Shown: positions 43,246 to 53,626, numbered from the stretch's first letter. The stretch: DNA of 64,000 nucleotides from Akkermansiaceae bacterium (GCA_051251915.1 JBPOGF010000006.1:64001-128000), one strand, 5' to 3'. Notes: generated by a model from the letters alone, not told the origin. A program made the numbers and translations.

Positions 43246-44139
43246 CTACTGGCCTTTAAAATGATCCCAGCCGCCGGTGAGTGTGTGGTGCTCTTGGTCG
43301 GTAAATCTGCCGATGTTGGTGAGTCTTAGGTCTTTGAATTGTTTGGCCCAGCGTGACTCTAACTCGTCTTTACTGTCTTGGGGTATGGAGAATAGTAGCT
43401 CGTAGTCTTCGCCATCTGTGAGTGCTTCTTCTGGGGTGCAGTCGTGATGGAGTGGGAGCTTGGATTTGAAGATCTCGAAGCCGCATTTGGATTTGGAGGC
43501 TAGGCGAGGGAGGTCTTTAGCGATGCCGTCTGAGATGTCCATCATGGCTGTGGGTTTGAAGTGGTTGGCGAGCCATTTGCCTTCGGAGACGCGAGGGGTG
43601 AAGTCGAGGTGTTTGCCGTGGATGGAGCCACCTAGGGTGCCGGTGACGTAGATGAGGTCGGTGGCATTTCCGCCGCTGCGGAGGGTGAGGTTGTGTGGTT
43701 CTACGGTGCCTGTTCCTGAGATGGAGATGATTTTAGGTGAGCCGAGGAGAGTGGAGGATGTCTCGCCGCCGACGATGGAGCAGCGGAACTTACGGGATAC
43801 GGCTTTGATGCCGTTGTAGAGTTTGACGACCCATTCTGTGGGGGTGTCTGGGGGGAGGATGATGGTGACCATGAGGGCTTCTGGCTGGCCACCCATGGCG
43901 GCGAAGTCACTGACTACGCGGGCGGCGGCTTTCCAGCCTACGCGTTCTGGGTCTTCTTGTGGGGTGAAGTGGATGAACTCGACGATGGTGTCGGTTTTTA
44001 GGAGGGTGTGTTGCTTGGTGTCTTTTTCAATGACGGCGCAGTCATCTCCAACTCCGGTTAGGATTTCTGGCATGTTGACCAGGTCCTTGGTGAGTTTGTG
44101 GATGAGGTCGTCCTCGCTAGTATGGCAGACTTGAGTCAT
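43246..44139 (-). CDS. thiL: Thiamine-monophosphate kinase
   Basis: GDDCA, SDFAAMG, GGET, VTGTLG, MDISDG, GEDYELLF; start moved to ATG 44139. Confidence 0.93.
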   Translation of the reverse strand: MTQVCHTSEDDLIHKLTKDLVNMPEILTGVGDDCAVIEKDTKQHTLLKTDTIVEFIHFTPQEDPERVGWKAAARVVSDFAAMGGQPEALMVTIILPPDTPTEWVVKLYNGIKAVSRKFRCSIVGGETSSTLLGSPKIISISGTGTVEPHNLTLRSGGNATDLIYVTGTLGGSIHGKHLDFTPRVSEGKWLANHFKPTAMMDISDGIAKDLPRLASKSKCGFEIFKSKLPLHHDCTPEEALTDGEDYELLFSIPQDSKDELESRWAKQFKDLRLTNIGRFTDQEHHTLTGGWDHFKGQ

Positions 44140-44974
44140 TGTGTAGAAAGATGAGGAAGAAGGTGGTGATGCCGTTGAAGAGGGCGTGAGTGAGGATGGA
44201 TGCCCAGAGGGAGCCTGAGATTTCATAGATGATGGCGAGGACGAATCCGACGATGAAGAGGGGGACTAGTGACCAGAGGCTGGTGTGGACGACGGCGAAA
44301 AATAGGGCGGATGTGGTGGCTGCGAAGAAGCGGCAGGAGAAGCGCTTGAGGGTGCCGTAGATGTAGCCGCGGAAGACGAATTCTTCACAGATGGGGGCGA
44401 CGATGATGGTGAGTATGGCGAGGTAGACGAGGAGTGTGGGGTTATTTTTCTTGGCCTCGATGATCATCTGGACGGGTGCCTGGAGTTCTTGTTTGCCGAG
44501 GTTGTTTTCTAACAGTGGGGTGATGATGGGGGAGAAGAGGGCGACTAGGAAGTAGATGCCGAAGAGTCCGGTGATGCTGGTGATGATGACGCGTTTTACT
44601 TGCGGGTGTCTTAGTCCGAAGACTTCGAACACGTTCATTCTGGGGACGAGGAATGCGCAAGCGATGCCTACTGGGAGGAGCTGGCTGATGAGTCCTGCTA
44701 TGAATTTCTGGAGGTTGGAGAGCTTGTTCATGGAGGCCTCCGCTTCTGGATTAGCGCCGAACTGGAGGACTGCGAAGGTGAAGAGGAGGCTGGCGAAGAA
44801 GATGCCGATGAGGTCTAATTTATCGAATGATGAGGTGCGGACATTTCCGTGATAGTTCCATGCTAGTTCTGGGTAGATCTGGCGGATGTAACTGTAGAGG
44901 GGGATGGCGATGCCTATGCTGAGGAAGCAGAGGGTGAGGATGTCTAGCAGGACGTTGGCGCTGAAGTTTTCCAT
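44117..44974 (-). CDS. CPBP (CAAX/Abi) intramembrane metalloprotease
   Basis: APICEEFVFRG, FAVVH, HALFN. Confidence 0.9.
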   Translation of the reverse strand: MENFSANVLLDILTLCFLSIGIAIPLYSYIRQIYPELAWNYHGNVRTSSFDKLDLIGIFFASLLFTFAVLQFGANPEAEASMNKLSNLQKFIAGLISQLLPVGIACAFLVPRMNVFEVFGLRHPQVKRVIITSITGLFGIYFLVALFSPIITPLLENNLGKQELQAPVQMIIEAKKNNPTLLVYLAILTIIVAPICEEFVFRGYIYGTLKRFSCRFFAATTSALFFAVVHTSLWSLVPLFIVGFVLAIIYEISGSLWASILTHALFNGITTFFLIFLHNDSSLPY

Positions 44975-44989
44975 GAAACTGGTTTGTTG

Positions 44990-46801
44990 TTAGACTTCTG
45001 CGACTTCCTTGGGTGGGTCGATCCATTTGTCGTTCTCTTTGATGAGCTCGATGAGTTTTTCTACGGCGTCAGCTTCTGGGATGTTGAATTTGACGGGGGT
45101 TTTGTTGATGTAGAGGTTGATTTTATTTGGAGCTCCTCCGACGTAGCCGAAGTCTGCGTCTGCCATTTCTCCTGGGCCGTTGACGATGCATCCCATGACG
45201 GCGATGCGGACGCCTTTGAGGTGGCCGGTGGCGGCGCGGATTTTCTGGGTGGTGTCTTGGAGGTTGAAGAGGGTGCGGCCGCATGATGGGCAGGCTACGT
45301 AGTCTGTCTTGAAGATACGGGTGCCGGCTGCTTGGAGGATGTTGTAGGCTAGGCGGAGAGATTGTCCGGGGGCGTGCTCGCCTTGGATGAGGATGGCGTC
45401 TCCGATGCCGTCACAGAGGAGTGAGCCGATGTTTCTGGCGGCTGTTAGGAGGGTTTCTTGGAAATCTTTTTCTGGGTTAGTGGATGGGGTGAAGGTGTCT
45501 TTTAGTAGGATGGGGTGGTAGGTGTCTAGTTTATTTGCGAGTAGGCGGAAGGCGTGGATGACTGCCATTTCTGTGCCGTCTGGGATGGTGACGAGAGTGG
45601 GTGTGGGGTTGGCGTTGATTTTGTTGATGGCTTCGCGGTCGAGTGGGTTTACTTCAATGACGCCGGATGTCTCGGTGACGATTTCTGGTTTGAAGTCTCC
45701 CATTTTCTCGATTTTGTGGGCTACGGCGTTCCATTTTTCTTGGGAGGTGAAGACGCGGACGGTGTTGGCGCCGCCGAGTTTGTGGCCGTTGATTTCTATG
45801 GGGTGGGATTTACGGCGGTTGTAGGTGAAGGGGTCGTAGCTGAGGGTGCCGCGCTGGAGGGTGTGGTCATCCCAGAGTTCGTGGGTACAGGCGCTTTTGT
45901 CTAGGTTGGTGATGATGGCCTGGGCGACTGGGATCTCACAGATGGCGTCTTCTGTTAGAGAGACGCGGATGGTGTCTCCGATGCCGTCTGAGAGGAGTGA
46001 GCCGATGCCGATGGCTGATTTGATGCGGCCGTCTTCACCGTCTCCGGCTTCTGTGACGCCGAGGTGGATGGGGTAGTTCCAGTCTGGGCCGAGGTCTGTG
46101 AGGCGCGCAACGAGTAGGCGGTATGCTTCTATCATGACCTTGGGGTTGCTGGCCTTCATGGAGAAGAGGAAGTTGTGGTAGTTATTTTCTCTGGCGATGC
46201 GGGCGAATTCTAGGGCGGACTCGACCATTCCTAGTGGTGTGTCGCCGTAGCGGTTCATGATGCGGTCTGAGAGTGATCCGTGGTTGGTGCCGATACGGAT
46301 GGCGCGATTTAGTTCTTTGCAGAGTGTGACGAGTGGGGTGAATTCTTCGCGTATTCTTTCTAGTTCTTCTGCGTATTGATCGTCAGTGTATTCGCGGGTT
46401 TCGAATTTCTTTTTGTCTGCGTAGTTGCCTGGGTTGACGCGGACTTTTTCTACCCATTTGGCGGCTTCTAGGGCGGCGTCTGGCTTGAAGTGGATGTCTG
46501 CGACTAGCGGGACGTTGCAGCCTGCGGCGCGGACGCCATCGCGGATATTTTCAAGGTTTTCAGCGTATTTGCGTGTCTGGGCGGTGACGCGGACGATTTC
46601 GCATCCGGCTTCTGCGAGTTGGATGATTTCAGCGACGCATGCTTCTGTGTCTCTTGTGTCTGAGGTGATCATGGACTGGACACGGATGGGGTTAGTCCCG
46701 CCTATGCCGATGTTTCCGACCATAACTTCACGAGATATTCTGCGCTGGTAGGCGAAGAGATCTGGACAATAAGAAAGTGCTGTGTGTGCTGAGTCTGTCA
46801 T
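44990..46801 (-). CDS. ispG: HMBPP synthase, long form with central insertion
   Basis: QSM, VADIHF, RVNPGN, GTNHGSLS, HLGVTEAG, CPSCGRT, MGCIVNGPGE; start moved to ATG 46801. Confidence 0.96.
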   Translation of the reverse strand: MTDSAHTALSYCPDLFAYQRRISREVMVGNIGIGGTNPIRVQSMITSDTRDTEACVAEIIQLAEAGCEIVRVTAQTRKYAENLENIRDGVRAAGCNVPLVADIHFKPDAALEAAKWVEKVRVNPGNYADKKKFETREYTDDQYAEELERIREEFTPLVTLCKELNRAIRIGTNHGSLSDRIMNRYGDTPLGMVESALEFARIARENNYHNFLFSMKASNPKVMIEAYRLLVARLTDLGPDWNYPIHLGVTEAGDGEDGRIKSAIGIGSLLSDGIGDTIRVSLTEDAICEIPVAQAIITNLDKSACTHELWDDHTLQRGTLSYDPFTYNRRKSHPIEINGHKLGGANTVRVFTSQEKWNAVAHKIEKMGDFKPEIVTETSGVIEVNPLDREAINKINANPTPTLVTIPDGTEMAVIHAFRLLANKLDTYHPILLKDTFTPSTNPEKDFQETLLTAARNIGSLLCDGIGDAILIQGEHAPGQSLRLAYNILQAAGTRIFKTDYVACPSCGRTLFNLQDTTQKIRAATGHLKGVRIAVMGCIVNGPGEMADADFGYVGGAPNKINLYINKTPVKFNIPEADAVEKLIELIKENDKWIDPPKEVAEV

Positions 46802-46869
46802 TGTGAAATGATGTATAGCGTAGATTCGGCTAGACGTAAACAGAGGAACGTCTAATTTGGTGATAATAT

Positions 46870-47532
46870 ATGGAAGGGATGACACAGGCATTGATCACAG
46901 GAGGGGAGGGGGCGCTGGCGCAGGCTGTGGCTGGGTCTCTGGAGGAGGCAGGGATGGTGGTGGAGGCGCCGGGGCGTGGGGAGCTGGATGTGTGTGATGA
47001 GGTGATTGTGGGGGAGTATTTTTCTGGGTTGGGAGAGTTGGATTTGTTGGTTTGTAATGCGGGGGGGACGTATGATGAGCTTTTGCTGAAGATGGATGAG
47101 GGGTGTTGGGATGGGGTGATGGATGTGAATCTGAGGGGGGCGTTTTTGTGTGCTAAGGCGGCGGGGAAGTTGATGATGAAGCAGCGAGGGAGGGGAGGGC
47201 ATATTGTTTTTGTTTCTAGTTATTCTGCGTTTCATCCGCCGGTGGGGCAGGCGAATTATGGGGCGGCGAAGGCGGCTTTGAAGGGGTTGGCTTTGTCGTT
47301 AGCTAAGGAGTTGGGGGGGAGGAATATCCGGGTGAATGTGGTGGTGCCTGGGTTTATGGAGACGAGGATGACGGAGGGGGTTTCTGGGGCGAGGCGAGAG
47401 GCGGTGATGGGGGATCATGCGCTGGGGGAGTTTAATACGGTGGAGGCTACGGGTAAGTTTTTACGGTGTTTGCATTTTGATATGCCGTTTACTTCAGGGC
47501 AGGTTTTTAATCTGGATAGTAGGGTGATTTAG
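46870..47532 (+). CDS. SDR oxidoreductase (FabG-like)
   Basis: ITGG.G, NAG, NYGAAK, VVPGF..T. Confidence 0.85.
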   Translation: MEGMTQALITGGEGALAQAVAGSLEEAGMVVEAPGRGELDVCDEVIVGEYFSGLGELDLLVCNAGGTYDELLLKMDEGCWDGVMDVNLRGAFLCAKAAGKLMMKQRGRGGHIVFVSSYSAFHPPVGQANYGAAKAALKGLALSLAKELGGRNIRVNVVVPGFMETRMTEGVSGARREAVMGDHALGEFNTVEATGKFLRCLHFDMPFTSGQVFNLDSRVI

Positions 47533-47534
47533 GT

Positions 47535-47569
47535 CAATGAACAATGGATAATGGGCAATAGTCAATGGG
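47535..47569. repeat. Degenerate heptamer array (YAATRRN)x5
   Basis: caatgaa caatgga taatggg caatagt caatggg, 2 nt after a stop codon. Confidence 0.75.
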
Positions 47570-47641
47570 GGCTATGCATGATTAAACCTAGCACTATGAA
47601 ACGGTGTATTTTTACTTGTTTGATGGTCTAGGGGTAAGTTT

Positions 47642-49105
47642 TTATTTTTGGTTCCAGCGGGTTAGGATGGAGTCCATGATTTTTTCGGCGTGTTGTGGGG
47701 TGAGGTGGTGGCCGGTGCCCTCGAGGTAGGTGAAGGTGGCGTCGCTGCCTAGGGTTTGACATTTTTTTTCTAGGAGACGGATGGCGTGGTCTAGGTGGAA
47801 TAGGTCGCGTTGGTGGACGGCGAAGTGCATTTTTCCTTTGAGTTTGGGGGCTAGTTGTTGCCAGTTGTTAGATAGGATTTGGGAGATGTTGAAGGGGTGC
47901 CAGGAGTTGGTGACTGTGATGTCGATGTTACCGGTTGTGATGTCGTACCATTGGTCTGGAGTTCCGTTTGGGTTTATTTTTGGTGAGAAGACGGCGGCGA
48001 AGGATTGGAGTTGGCCGCCTGGGCCGAGTGCGTGTTCGTAGGTGGCCATGTCTTGGTAGGTCCAGCCGATTTCTGGGATGCTTAGGCAGCGGGGGATTTC
48101 TTTTTGTGGTTGTTCGTCGTTGGTTGGGTCGGTGGTGGTGAAGAGGTTGTCTGGGTGGTTGTCGGTGAGGTTGAGTTGTTGGAACATTTCGAAGTCGACT
48201 GGGTCTGGGGCGACTGGCCAGGCTTGGGCGTAGGCTTCTGGGTAGTTGACGATGGCCCAGGCGGCGGTCCAGCCTCCGGATGAGACACCGGTGATGTAGC
48301 GGTGGGCGGGGCCTGCGCCGCTGTAGGTTTTGTCGATGTGGGGGAGGAGTTCGTGTGTGAGGGCGTCTCCCCATGGTCCATTGACTGCGGAGTTTGCAAA
48401 GACGGAGTGTCCCCAGCGGCAGTTGGCGTCTGGGATGACGATGATGGCTTGTTTGCCTTTGTCGCCGAACATGCGTTGGATGCGTTTGGTGGATTTGTGA
48501 TGAACTGCGCTGAAGCCGGTGACGTAGACGAGGACTGGGTATTTCTTGGTGGGGGTCCAGTCTGTGGGGAGGATGACGGAGTAGCGGAGGAGGAAGTCGC
48601 GGTGGTGGAATTTGGTGAGGAGGTGGCTTTTGAAGTAGTGGTCTTGTATGGGGCCTTGGTTTCTAAATTCTGGAGCAGGGATGGAGGTGTCTGCGGTGAA
48701 GGTAAGGTTTTGTTGTTGGTCTTTTACGAAGTCGATTTGTTGGGTTTGGCTGTAGAGGTCGCCTTGAGCGGCTCCGGGGAGGAACCAGTCTGGGTTGATT
48801 CTGACGATGGCTTGGACTTTGTAGTTTCCTTCGATGTTTTGGTGGGGGGTGGTGGAGATGGAGTTCTCGTCGATGGTGACTTTTCCGTCGCGGTCGTGGT
48901 CATCTATGGCGAAGAGGATGGGGAGGTTAGCCCAGTCACCCATGCGGGTGCGGGGTGAGCGGAAGCCTTGGCTGATGGCGATGTAGACGCGTGGGGTGTA
49001 GATGGGTTTTTCAGCGGGGATGGGGTAACTGACTTCGAAGGTGTGGGCGGTAAGTAGAGGCGCGGTGAGGGTGAGGAGGATGAGTGATAGAGATTTTAGC
49101 AGCAT
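47642..49105 (-). CDS. Secreted alpha/beta hydrolase (esterase)
   Basis: Signal peptide; FANS..NGPWGDAL, GVSSGGW, PDPVDF. Confidence 0.82.
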   Translation of the reverse strand: MLLKSLSLILLTLTAPLLTAHTFEVSYPIPAEKPIYTPRVYIAISQGFRSPRTRMGDWANLPILFAIDDHDRDGKVTIDENSISTTPHQNIEGNYKVQAIVRINPDWFLPGAAQGDLYSQTQQIDFVKDQQQNLTFTADTSIPAPEFRNQGPIQDHYFKSHLLTKFHHRDFLLRYSVILPTDWTPTKKYPVLVYVTGFSAVHHKSTKRIQRMFGDKGKQAIIVIPDANCRWGHSVFANSAVNGPWGDALTHELLPHIDKTYSGAGPAHRYITGVSSGGWTAAWAIVNYPEAYAQAWPVAPDPVDFEMFQQLNLTDNHPDNLFTTTDPTNDEQPQKEIPRCLSIPEIGWTYQDMATYEHALGPGGQLQSFAAVFSPKINPNGTPDQWYDITTGNIDITVTNSWHPFNISQILSNNWQQLAPKLKGKMHFAVHQRDLFHLDHAIRLLEKKCQTLGSDATFTYLEGTGHHLTPQHAEKIMDSILTRWNQK

Positions 49106-49168
49106 GATGTGTGCTACTTTTAGCAGGTGGGTGGAGGTTTGGAAACTGAGAAGTGGTGAGTGGATGGG

Positions 49169-49678
49169 TTAGCCGGTGGGGTATTGGGCGCAGTAGGCGT
49201 GGATGCAGATGGAGGTGGCTGTGGCGACGTTGTAGGAGTATGGGAGTCCCCAGACGGAGATTTCTACTACTGCGTCTAAGAGGTCTAGGGTGTCTTGGTT
49301 GAGGCCTTCTCGTTCTGAGCCGATGACTAGGGCGGTTTTGTGGGGGAATTTGAAGTCTGCGAGTGGGGTGGAATTGGTGGTTTGTTCTAGGCCTACGAGT
49401 TTGTAGCCATCTAGTTTGAGTTTTTTGAGGATGGGTAGGAGTGAGCGGTAGGCGCTGAGGGTGACGTTTTCTGCTCCGTCGCGGGCTATTTTGGGGTTCA
49501 CTTTTGCATTACCGGTGGCTATAACTTGGGTGATGCCGCAGCAGCCAGCGGTGCGGATGATGGTGGAGAGATTTGCGTGAGTGCGCAGGGGGGAGCAGGC
49601 GATGATGAGAGGTCTGACGGTGGTGAGCTCTGCTGGTGGCTTGTGGCGGATGTGCTCAAATTTAGGTGGCTCACTCAT
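49169..49678 (-). CDS. TrmH/SpoU RNA methyltransferase
   Basis: NL.TIIRTA, VGLEQ, IGSEREGL, SYNVA. Confidence 0.9.
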   Translation of the reverse strand: MSEPPKFEHIRHKPPAELTTVRPLIIACSPLRTHANLSTIIRTAGCCGITQVIATGNAKVNPKIARDGAENVTLSAYRSLLPILKKLKLDGYKLVGLEQTTNSTPLADFKFPHKTALVIGSEREGLNQDTLDLLDAVVEISVWGLPYSYNVATATSICIHAYCAQYPTG

Positions 49679-49875
49679 GGGACGGCACCTCTAACGGAGA
49701 GCGTAGAGAGCCGTTGTGTTTAATTTTCATTGAAGCACTGTGAAGCCTGAGGGAGGAGAAGCAAGGAGGGAATTTTTTTTGATGTTTTTGGTGTTCTTCG
49801 TGTAGGTGATTTTCTGGTTTGGCTGTGCTTGTAACAAGCTTGATGTTTTGTGTTCTTAGTATATTGTTGTTGGTG

Positions 49876-50910
49876 ATGAGTTTCTTTAAAACATTTATTA
49901 TGTTGGTGTTTTGTTTGCCTTGTGTGGCGGAGCAAAATGAAGTGGTGGTAGTGAATCCGGAGTTGTTTATGAAGGAGGCATTGGTGGAGCCGATCAAGGT
50001 GGAGCAGAAGTTACTGACTGATGGCTCAACTGTGGATTGCTATGTGATCAAGACGAAGTCTGTTCCTTTGGAGCATGAGATGGGGCCATGGGGTCCGAAG
50101 ACGATTACGGACGGGAAAGATAAAGGGGGGATTTGGTTTGAGGGAGGTAAGGTTTATGATGTGGATGGGCCATTTGTGAAGAATATGGCTACGTTTTATA
50201 AGGATCCGAAGTGGAAGCTGTATAATGATGATGGGACGGTTAAGATCACGGAGACGAAGGAGGCTTTTATGGCGGCGGCTAGGCCGAATGTGGATCCTAA
50301 ATATAAGAATCACGTGGTTGAGGGGCAAGCTGAGTGGGTGGAGGATCTTGTGAGCACTTATTATATACCGGTGAAGCCTAGGCTGAGTGAGAAGCCGCAG
50401 TCACTGGGGCATGGGCCGATAGGGGTGGCATTTAATGGGGTGAATTATGATCCGCCGGCGCCGACTCATATGATTTTGAAGGCTTATACTTTGGCGCCTT
50501 TGGATGATAGTGGTGGGCATTTGAATCCTTTTGCGGGGTATCATTACCATGCGGTGACTGGTAAGACGGAGGAGGTGAAGCAGGCTGATGGACATCCGGC
50601 GCAGATTGGCTATATGGTGGATGGTTTTGCGTTATTTGCGCATGATAAGGATGCGAAGGATCTGGATGAGTGTGGAGGTCACACTGATGCGGTGCGCGGG
50701 TATCATTATCACGCGGGAGAGGCAGGGTCTAATGAGATTATTAAGGCTTATCGTGGTGCAATTGTTAAGAGTGCGGTAGGCGGAAGGGGAGGGCCTCCTG
50801 GTGGAGGTGGGCGGGGTGAAAAAGGTTCGCGTCCTGATGGTCCGCCACCACATGATCATGGTGATCATACACACCCACATACACACCCAGAGCCTCAGGT
50901 GGAGGAGTAG
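49876..50910 (+). CDS. Secreted YHYH-domain protein with His-rich tail
   Basis: IGVAFNGV, LD..GGH, YHYH twice, IGY..DGF, LDECGGH. Confidence 0.88.
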   Translation: MSFFKTFIMLVFCLPCVAEQNEVVVVNPELFMKEALVEPIKVEQKLLTDGSTVDCYVIKTKSVPLEHEMGPWGPKTITDGKDKGGIWFEGGKVYDVDGPFVKNMATFYKDPKWKLYNDDGTVKITETKEAFMAAARPNVDPKYKNHVVEGQAEWVEDLVSTYYIPVKPRLSEKPQSLGHGPIGVAFNGVNYDPPAPTHMILKAYTLAPLDDSGGHLNPFAGYHYHAVTGKTEEVKQADGHPAQIGYMVDGFALFAHDKDAKDLDECGGHTDAVRGYHYHAGEAGSNEIIKAYRGAIVKSAVGGRGGPPGGGGRGEKGSRPDGPPPHDHGDHTHPHTHPEPQVEE

Positions 50911-50930
50911 ATGTGTTGTAGGTTTATTTA

Positions 50931-50950
50931 CTAACTAACTAACTAACTAA
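50931..50950. repeat. (CTAA)x5 microsatellite between convergent genes
   Basis: Read directly from sequence. Confidence 0.85.
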
Positions 50951-51768
50951 TTTATTTTGATCTCAGCTCGCTCTCGTTTTGGGAGCGTGGCGGAGAGTTC
51001 GGTGAAGTCTTTAAGAATGAGGTCTGGTTTGGCGACGTTTGGGTAGAGGGTTTTTCCTGGTCTGTGGATGAAGGCTGTTTGGAGGCCTGCGTTTTTGGCA
51101 CCGGCGAGGTCCCATGCGTGTGCGGCGACCATGAGGACGTCTTTTGCTTCTACGCCTAGGTCATCTAGGACCATTTGGTATGGTGCTGGATGTGGTTTAT
51201 ATTTCTTGAGTTTGTCTACACTGTAGCGCTTTTCTACTAGGTCTGTTAGGCCTGCATTTTTTAGCTGAGTTGCAACGCCTATTGATGAGGAATTGGTGAG
51301 GCTGACGATGATGTATCCTTTGTCCGCTAGTGCTTTTAGTCCTGCTGCTACGTCTGGGTGTGCAGGGAGTGAGCGGAGTGGGGTGACGATGGATTTTGTG
51401 GCGTCTTCTTTGCTGATGGTGATGCCTTTTGTTTTGGCGACCATCATGAGTGCAGCTGTGCCGATCTCGCCGAAGTCATGGTAGTTTCCGCTGAGGGTTT
51501 CTACTAGTGAGTAGTGGAGCATGGTGGAGAACCAGAGGGGGAGGAGGTCTTCACGGCCGCCGAGGGCTTTTCCTACGGAGGTCTTTAGTGGGGCTAGATC
51601 TAGGAGGGTTTCATTGACGTCTAGGATTAGGACTTTTGGAGTGGGTTGCATGGTGGTGGTTTTTGGTGTGGTTGTCTGGCCGTTTGCTAGGGTGAGTAGG
51701 GCGGCGGTGATGACGGTGGCTGATCTGATGATGGAGCCTAGGAATGGTTTGAATGGTTTGCGTTTCAT
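50947..51768 (-). CDS. Haloacid dehalogenase type II with signal peptide
   Basis: LDVNETLLD, LTNS, YKP, VAAHAWDLAGA. Confidence 0.9.
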   Translation of the reverse strand: MKRKPFKPFLGSIIRSATVITAALLTLANGQTTTPKTTTMQPTPKVLILDVNETLLDLAPLKTSVGKALGGREDLLPLWFSTMLHYSLVETLSGNYHDFGEIGTAALMMVAKTKGITISKEDATKSIVTPLRSLPAHPDVAAGLKALADKGYIIVSLTNSSSIGVATQLKNAGLTDLVEKRYSVDKLKKYKPHPAPYQMVLDDLGVEAKDVLMVAAHAWDLAGAKNAGLQTAFIHRPGKTLYPNVAKPDLILKDFTELSATLPKRERAEIKIN

Positions 51769-51794
51769 GGTGAATATAGTGGTTGGTGATTGTT

Positions 51795-52343
51795 TTATTT
51801 CTGCCAAGCGAACTGCTCGAACGTTGCGTCTACTGGGGTTTCTGCGATGTGGTTTACGTAGTTGCTAATGACTTTTTGGGATAGGCCGAGGACGATGTCT
51901 AGGAGGTTGCGCTTGGTGTATCCAGCGGCGAAGAATGAGTCGGTTTGTTGAGTTGTGAGGTGTCCGCGGTTGCGTACTATGGCGAGGGTTGTGTCTTGGA
52001 GGATTTGTAATTTCTCTGAGGGGAGTGGGGTGCTATTGCGGAGCGCTTGGGTGATGGCGGGATCTACTTTCATGGAGTTTGCAATATAGGTGTGGGCTGG
52101 GACGCAGTAGTGGCACTCGTGTTCTACATTGATGGTCTGCCAGACGACGGTGAGTTCTTCGGCATTGAATGATGAGTTGGCGAAGAGGTTGTGGAGTTCG
52201 TTGTATGCTTTGAAGATCTGGGGCGACTCGGCCATTACAGCGTGTAGGTTGGGGATCATTCCGTTTTGTTTGAGTGAGTTTTCTAGGAGTGGCTTGCTTT
52301 CTTCTGGAGCGGTTTCGATGGTGTGGAGTGTGTATTTGATCAT
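51795..52343 (-). CDS. AhpD/CMD-family protein
   Basis: GMIPNL, EHECHYCVPAH, SNYVNH. Confidence 0.88.
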   Translation of the reverse strand: MIKYTLHTIETAPEESKPLLENSLKQNGMIPNLHAVMAESPQIFKAYNELHNLFANSSFNAEELTVVWQTINVEHECHYCVPAHTYIANSMKVDPAITQALRNSTPLPSEKLQILQDTTLAIVRNRGHLTTQQTDSFFAAGYTKRNLLDIVLGLSQKVISNYVNHIAETPVDATFEQFAWQK

Positions 52344-52384
52344 GGTGGTTGTTTGTGTTGGTTGTTTGTATTTTTGGTTAATAT

Positions 52385-52399
52385 TAGACCAGTCGTCTA
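52385..52399. promoter_or_regulatory. NemR-type operator upstream of the AhpD-like gene
   Basis: TAGACCAGTCGTCTA, identical to 53109-53123. Confidence 0.8.
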
Positions 52400-52483
52400 G
52401 TGTTGTTGTTAAGAGTGAGGGGAGATGTATTTATTCTGATTTATTTCAGATATTTTTGATGGGGTAAGTTTGGGGCTAGATAT

Positions 52484-53095
52484 TTAGCTGGTGGCGAGTA
52501 TGCCTGTGGGGTGGGTGAATCGTTTGTGGACGGTGTTGATCGCTGCTTGGATGGGGGAGTTGTCGCGATTTAAAGCGGCTCGTTGTTGTGCGCCGGTCCA
52601 GATGTCGAGAATGAATTCGGCTTCGGCCTGGGTGTCGGTGGATGGGGGGAGTAGGTTTTTCTCGATGGCTTCATCGAGTATGAGCTTGAATAGACTGATT
52701 ACTTCTTTGAAACCCTTGGCGAGTTCATTGCGCATGTCGTCGCTGAAGTTGGAAATCTCCCCTGAGAGTTTTTGTAGGAGGCAGGGGTATTTGGCACCGT
52801 TTTCTAGGAAACAGGTGTGTGCGCTTTCGAACATTGCGGTGAGGCGGGTTATGGGATTTTCATCGTTACCTTTAGGCTGTAGTTTCTGGCGTTTGGCTGC
52901 GTTTTCAGCTCCAACATAGTGACGGATGAGTTCTACTCCAAGGTCTTCTTTGGATTTAAACCAGTGGTAGAATGAGCCTTTTGGTACGTTGACTGAGCTC
53001 AGGAGTTGATTGATGCCGACAGCATGGAAGCCATGCTCAAGCATGATTTTTACGGCTGAGTCTAGAATTTTTAGTTTTGTGGCAGAGTCTTTCAC
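52484..53095 (-). CDS. TetR-family regulator (NemR/AcuR-like)
   Basis: GFHAVGINQLL..V.VPKGSFYHWF.SKE, CLL.KL..E. Confidence 0.88.
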   Translation of the reverse strand: MKDSATKLKILDSAVKIMLEHGFHAVGINQLLSSVNVPKGSFYHWFKSKEDLGVELIRHYVGAENAAKRQKLQPKGNDENPITRLTAMFESAHTCFLENGAKYPCLLQKLSGEISNFSDDMRNELAKGFKEVISLFKLILDEAIEKNLLPPSTDTQAEAEFILDIWTGAQQRAALNRDNSPIQAAINTVHKRFTHPTGILATS

Positions 53096-53103
53096 GGTGG
53101 CTT

Positions 53104-53132
53104 TATAATAGACCAGTCGTCTAGTAAGTCAA
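53104..53132 (-). promoter_or_regulatory. Sigma70-like promoter with the operator in its spacer
   Basis: Minus strand TTGACT-N16-TATTAT enclosing TAGACGACTGGTCTA. Confidence 0.7.
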
Positions 53133-53185
53133 GCGATGTTTTATCTCGGTGAGATTGTGTGATTGATTGATTATGGGGTGGGGAT

Positions 53186-53560
53186 TTACTCAGGGTGGTA
53201 GGAGATGGAGAATTGCTGGGCGATTTTTGCGAGGCGCCTGTTTTGGGTCCAGAGGAGGGTGCCAGGGGAGGCGATTGCGGAGGCTAGGATGAGGAGATCA
53301 TTCCATTGGATGCCTTCTTCCCAGAGTCTATGATGCTTGAGGAGGAGGTGGGTTTCTTCATCTGTGGTGGGCTTGATGAGGTGGAAGGCCCTGAGGTCTT
53401 GTATGGTTTGGTCTCGATCTATGAGATTCCCTACGGCGAGTTCACCGATAATGAGAGGGTGGGTGGCTATGAGATCATGCTCGATGAGTTGGGTGATGTG
53501 AGGGTTTCCGTAGCGGAAATAGTTACACCATATGTCTGTGTCTACGAGGATGGATTTCAT
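53186..53560 (-). CDS. vapC: VapC PIN-domain toxin
   Basis: ILVDT.IW, HP.IIGELA.GN, D..ILASA, LWT. Confidence 0.88.
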   Translation of the reverse strand: MKSILVDTDIWCNYFRYGNPHITQLIEHDLIATHPLIIGELAVGNLIDRDQTIQDLRAFHLIKPTTDEETHLLLKHHRLWEEGIQWNDLLILASAIASPGTLLWTQNRRLAKIAQQFSISYHPE

Positions 53561-53626
53561 TAGGGTAAGGAGTTTAAATTGAGGGGCTTCAGCGACTCAG
53601 TTTCTTTAGTCAATGTTGTCATCGTT

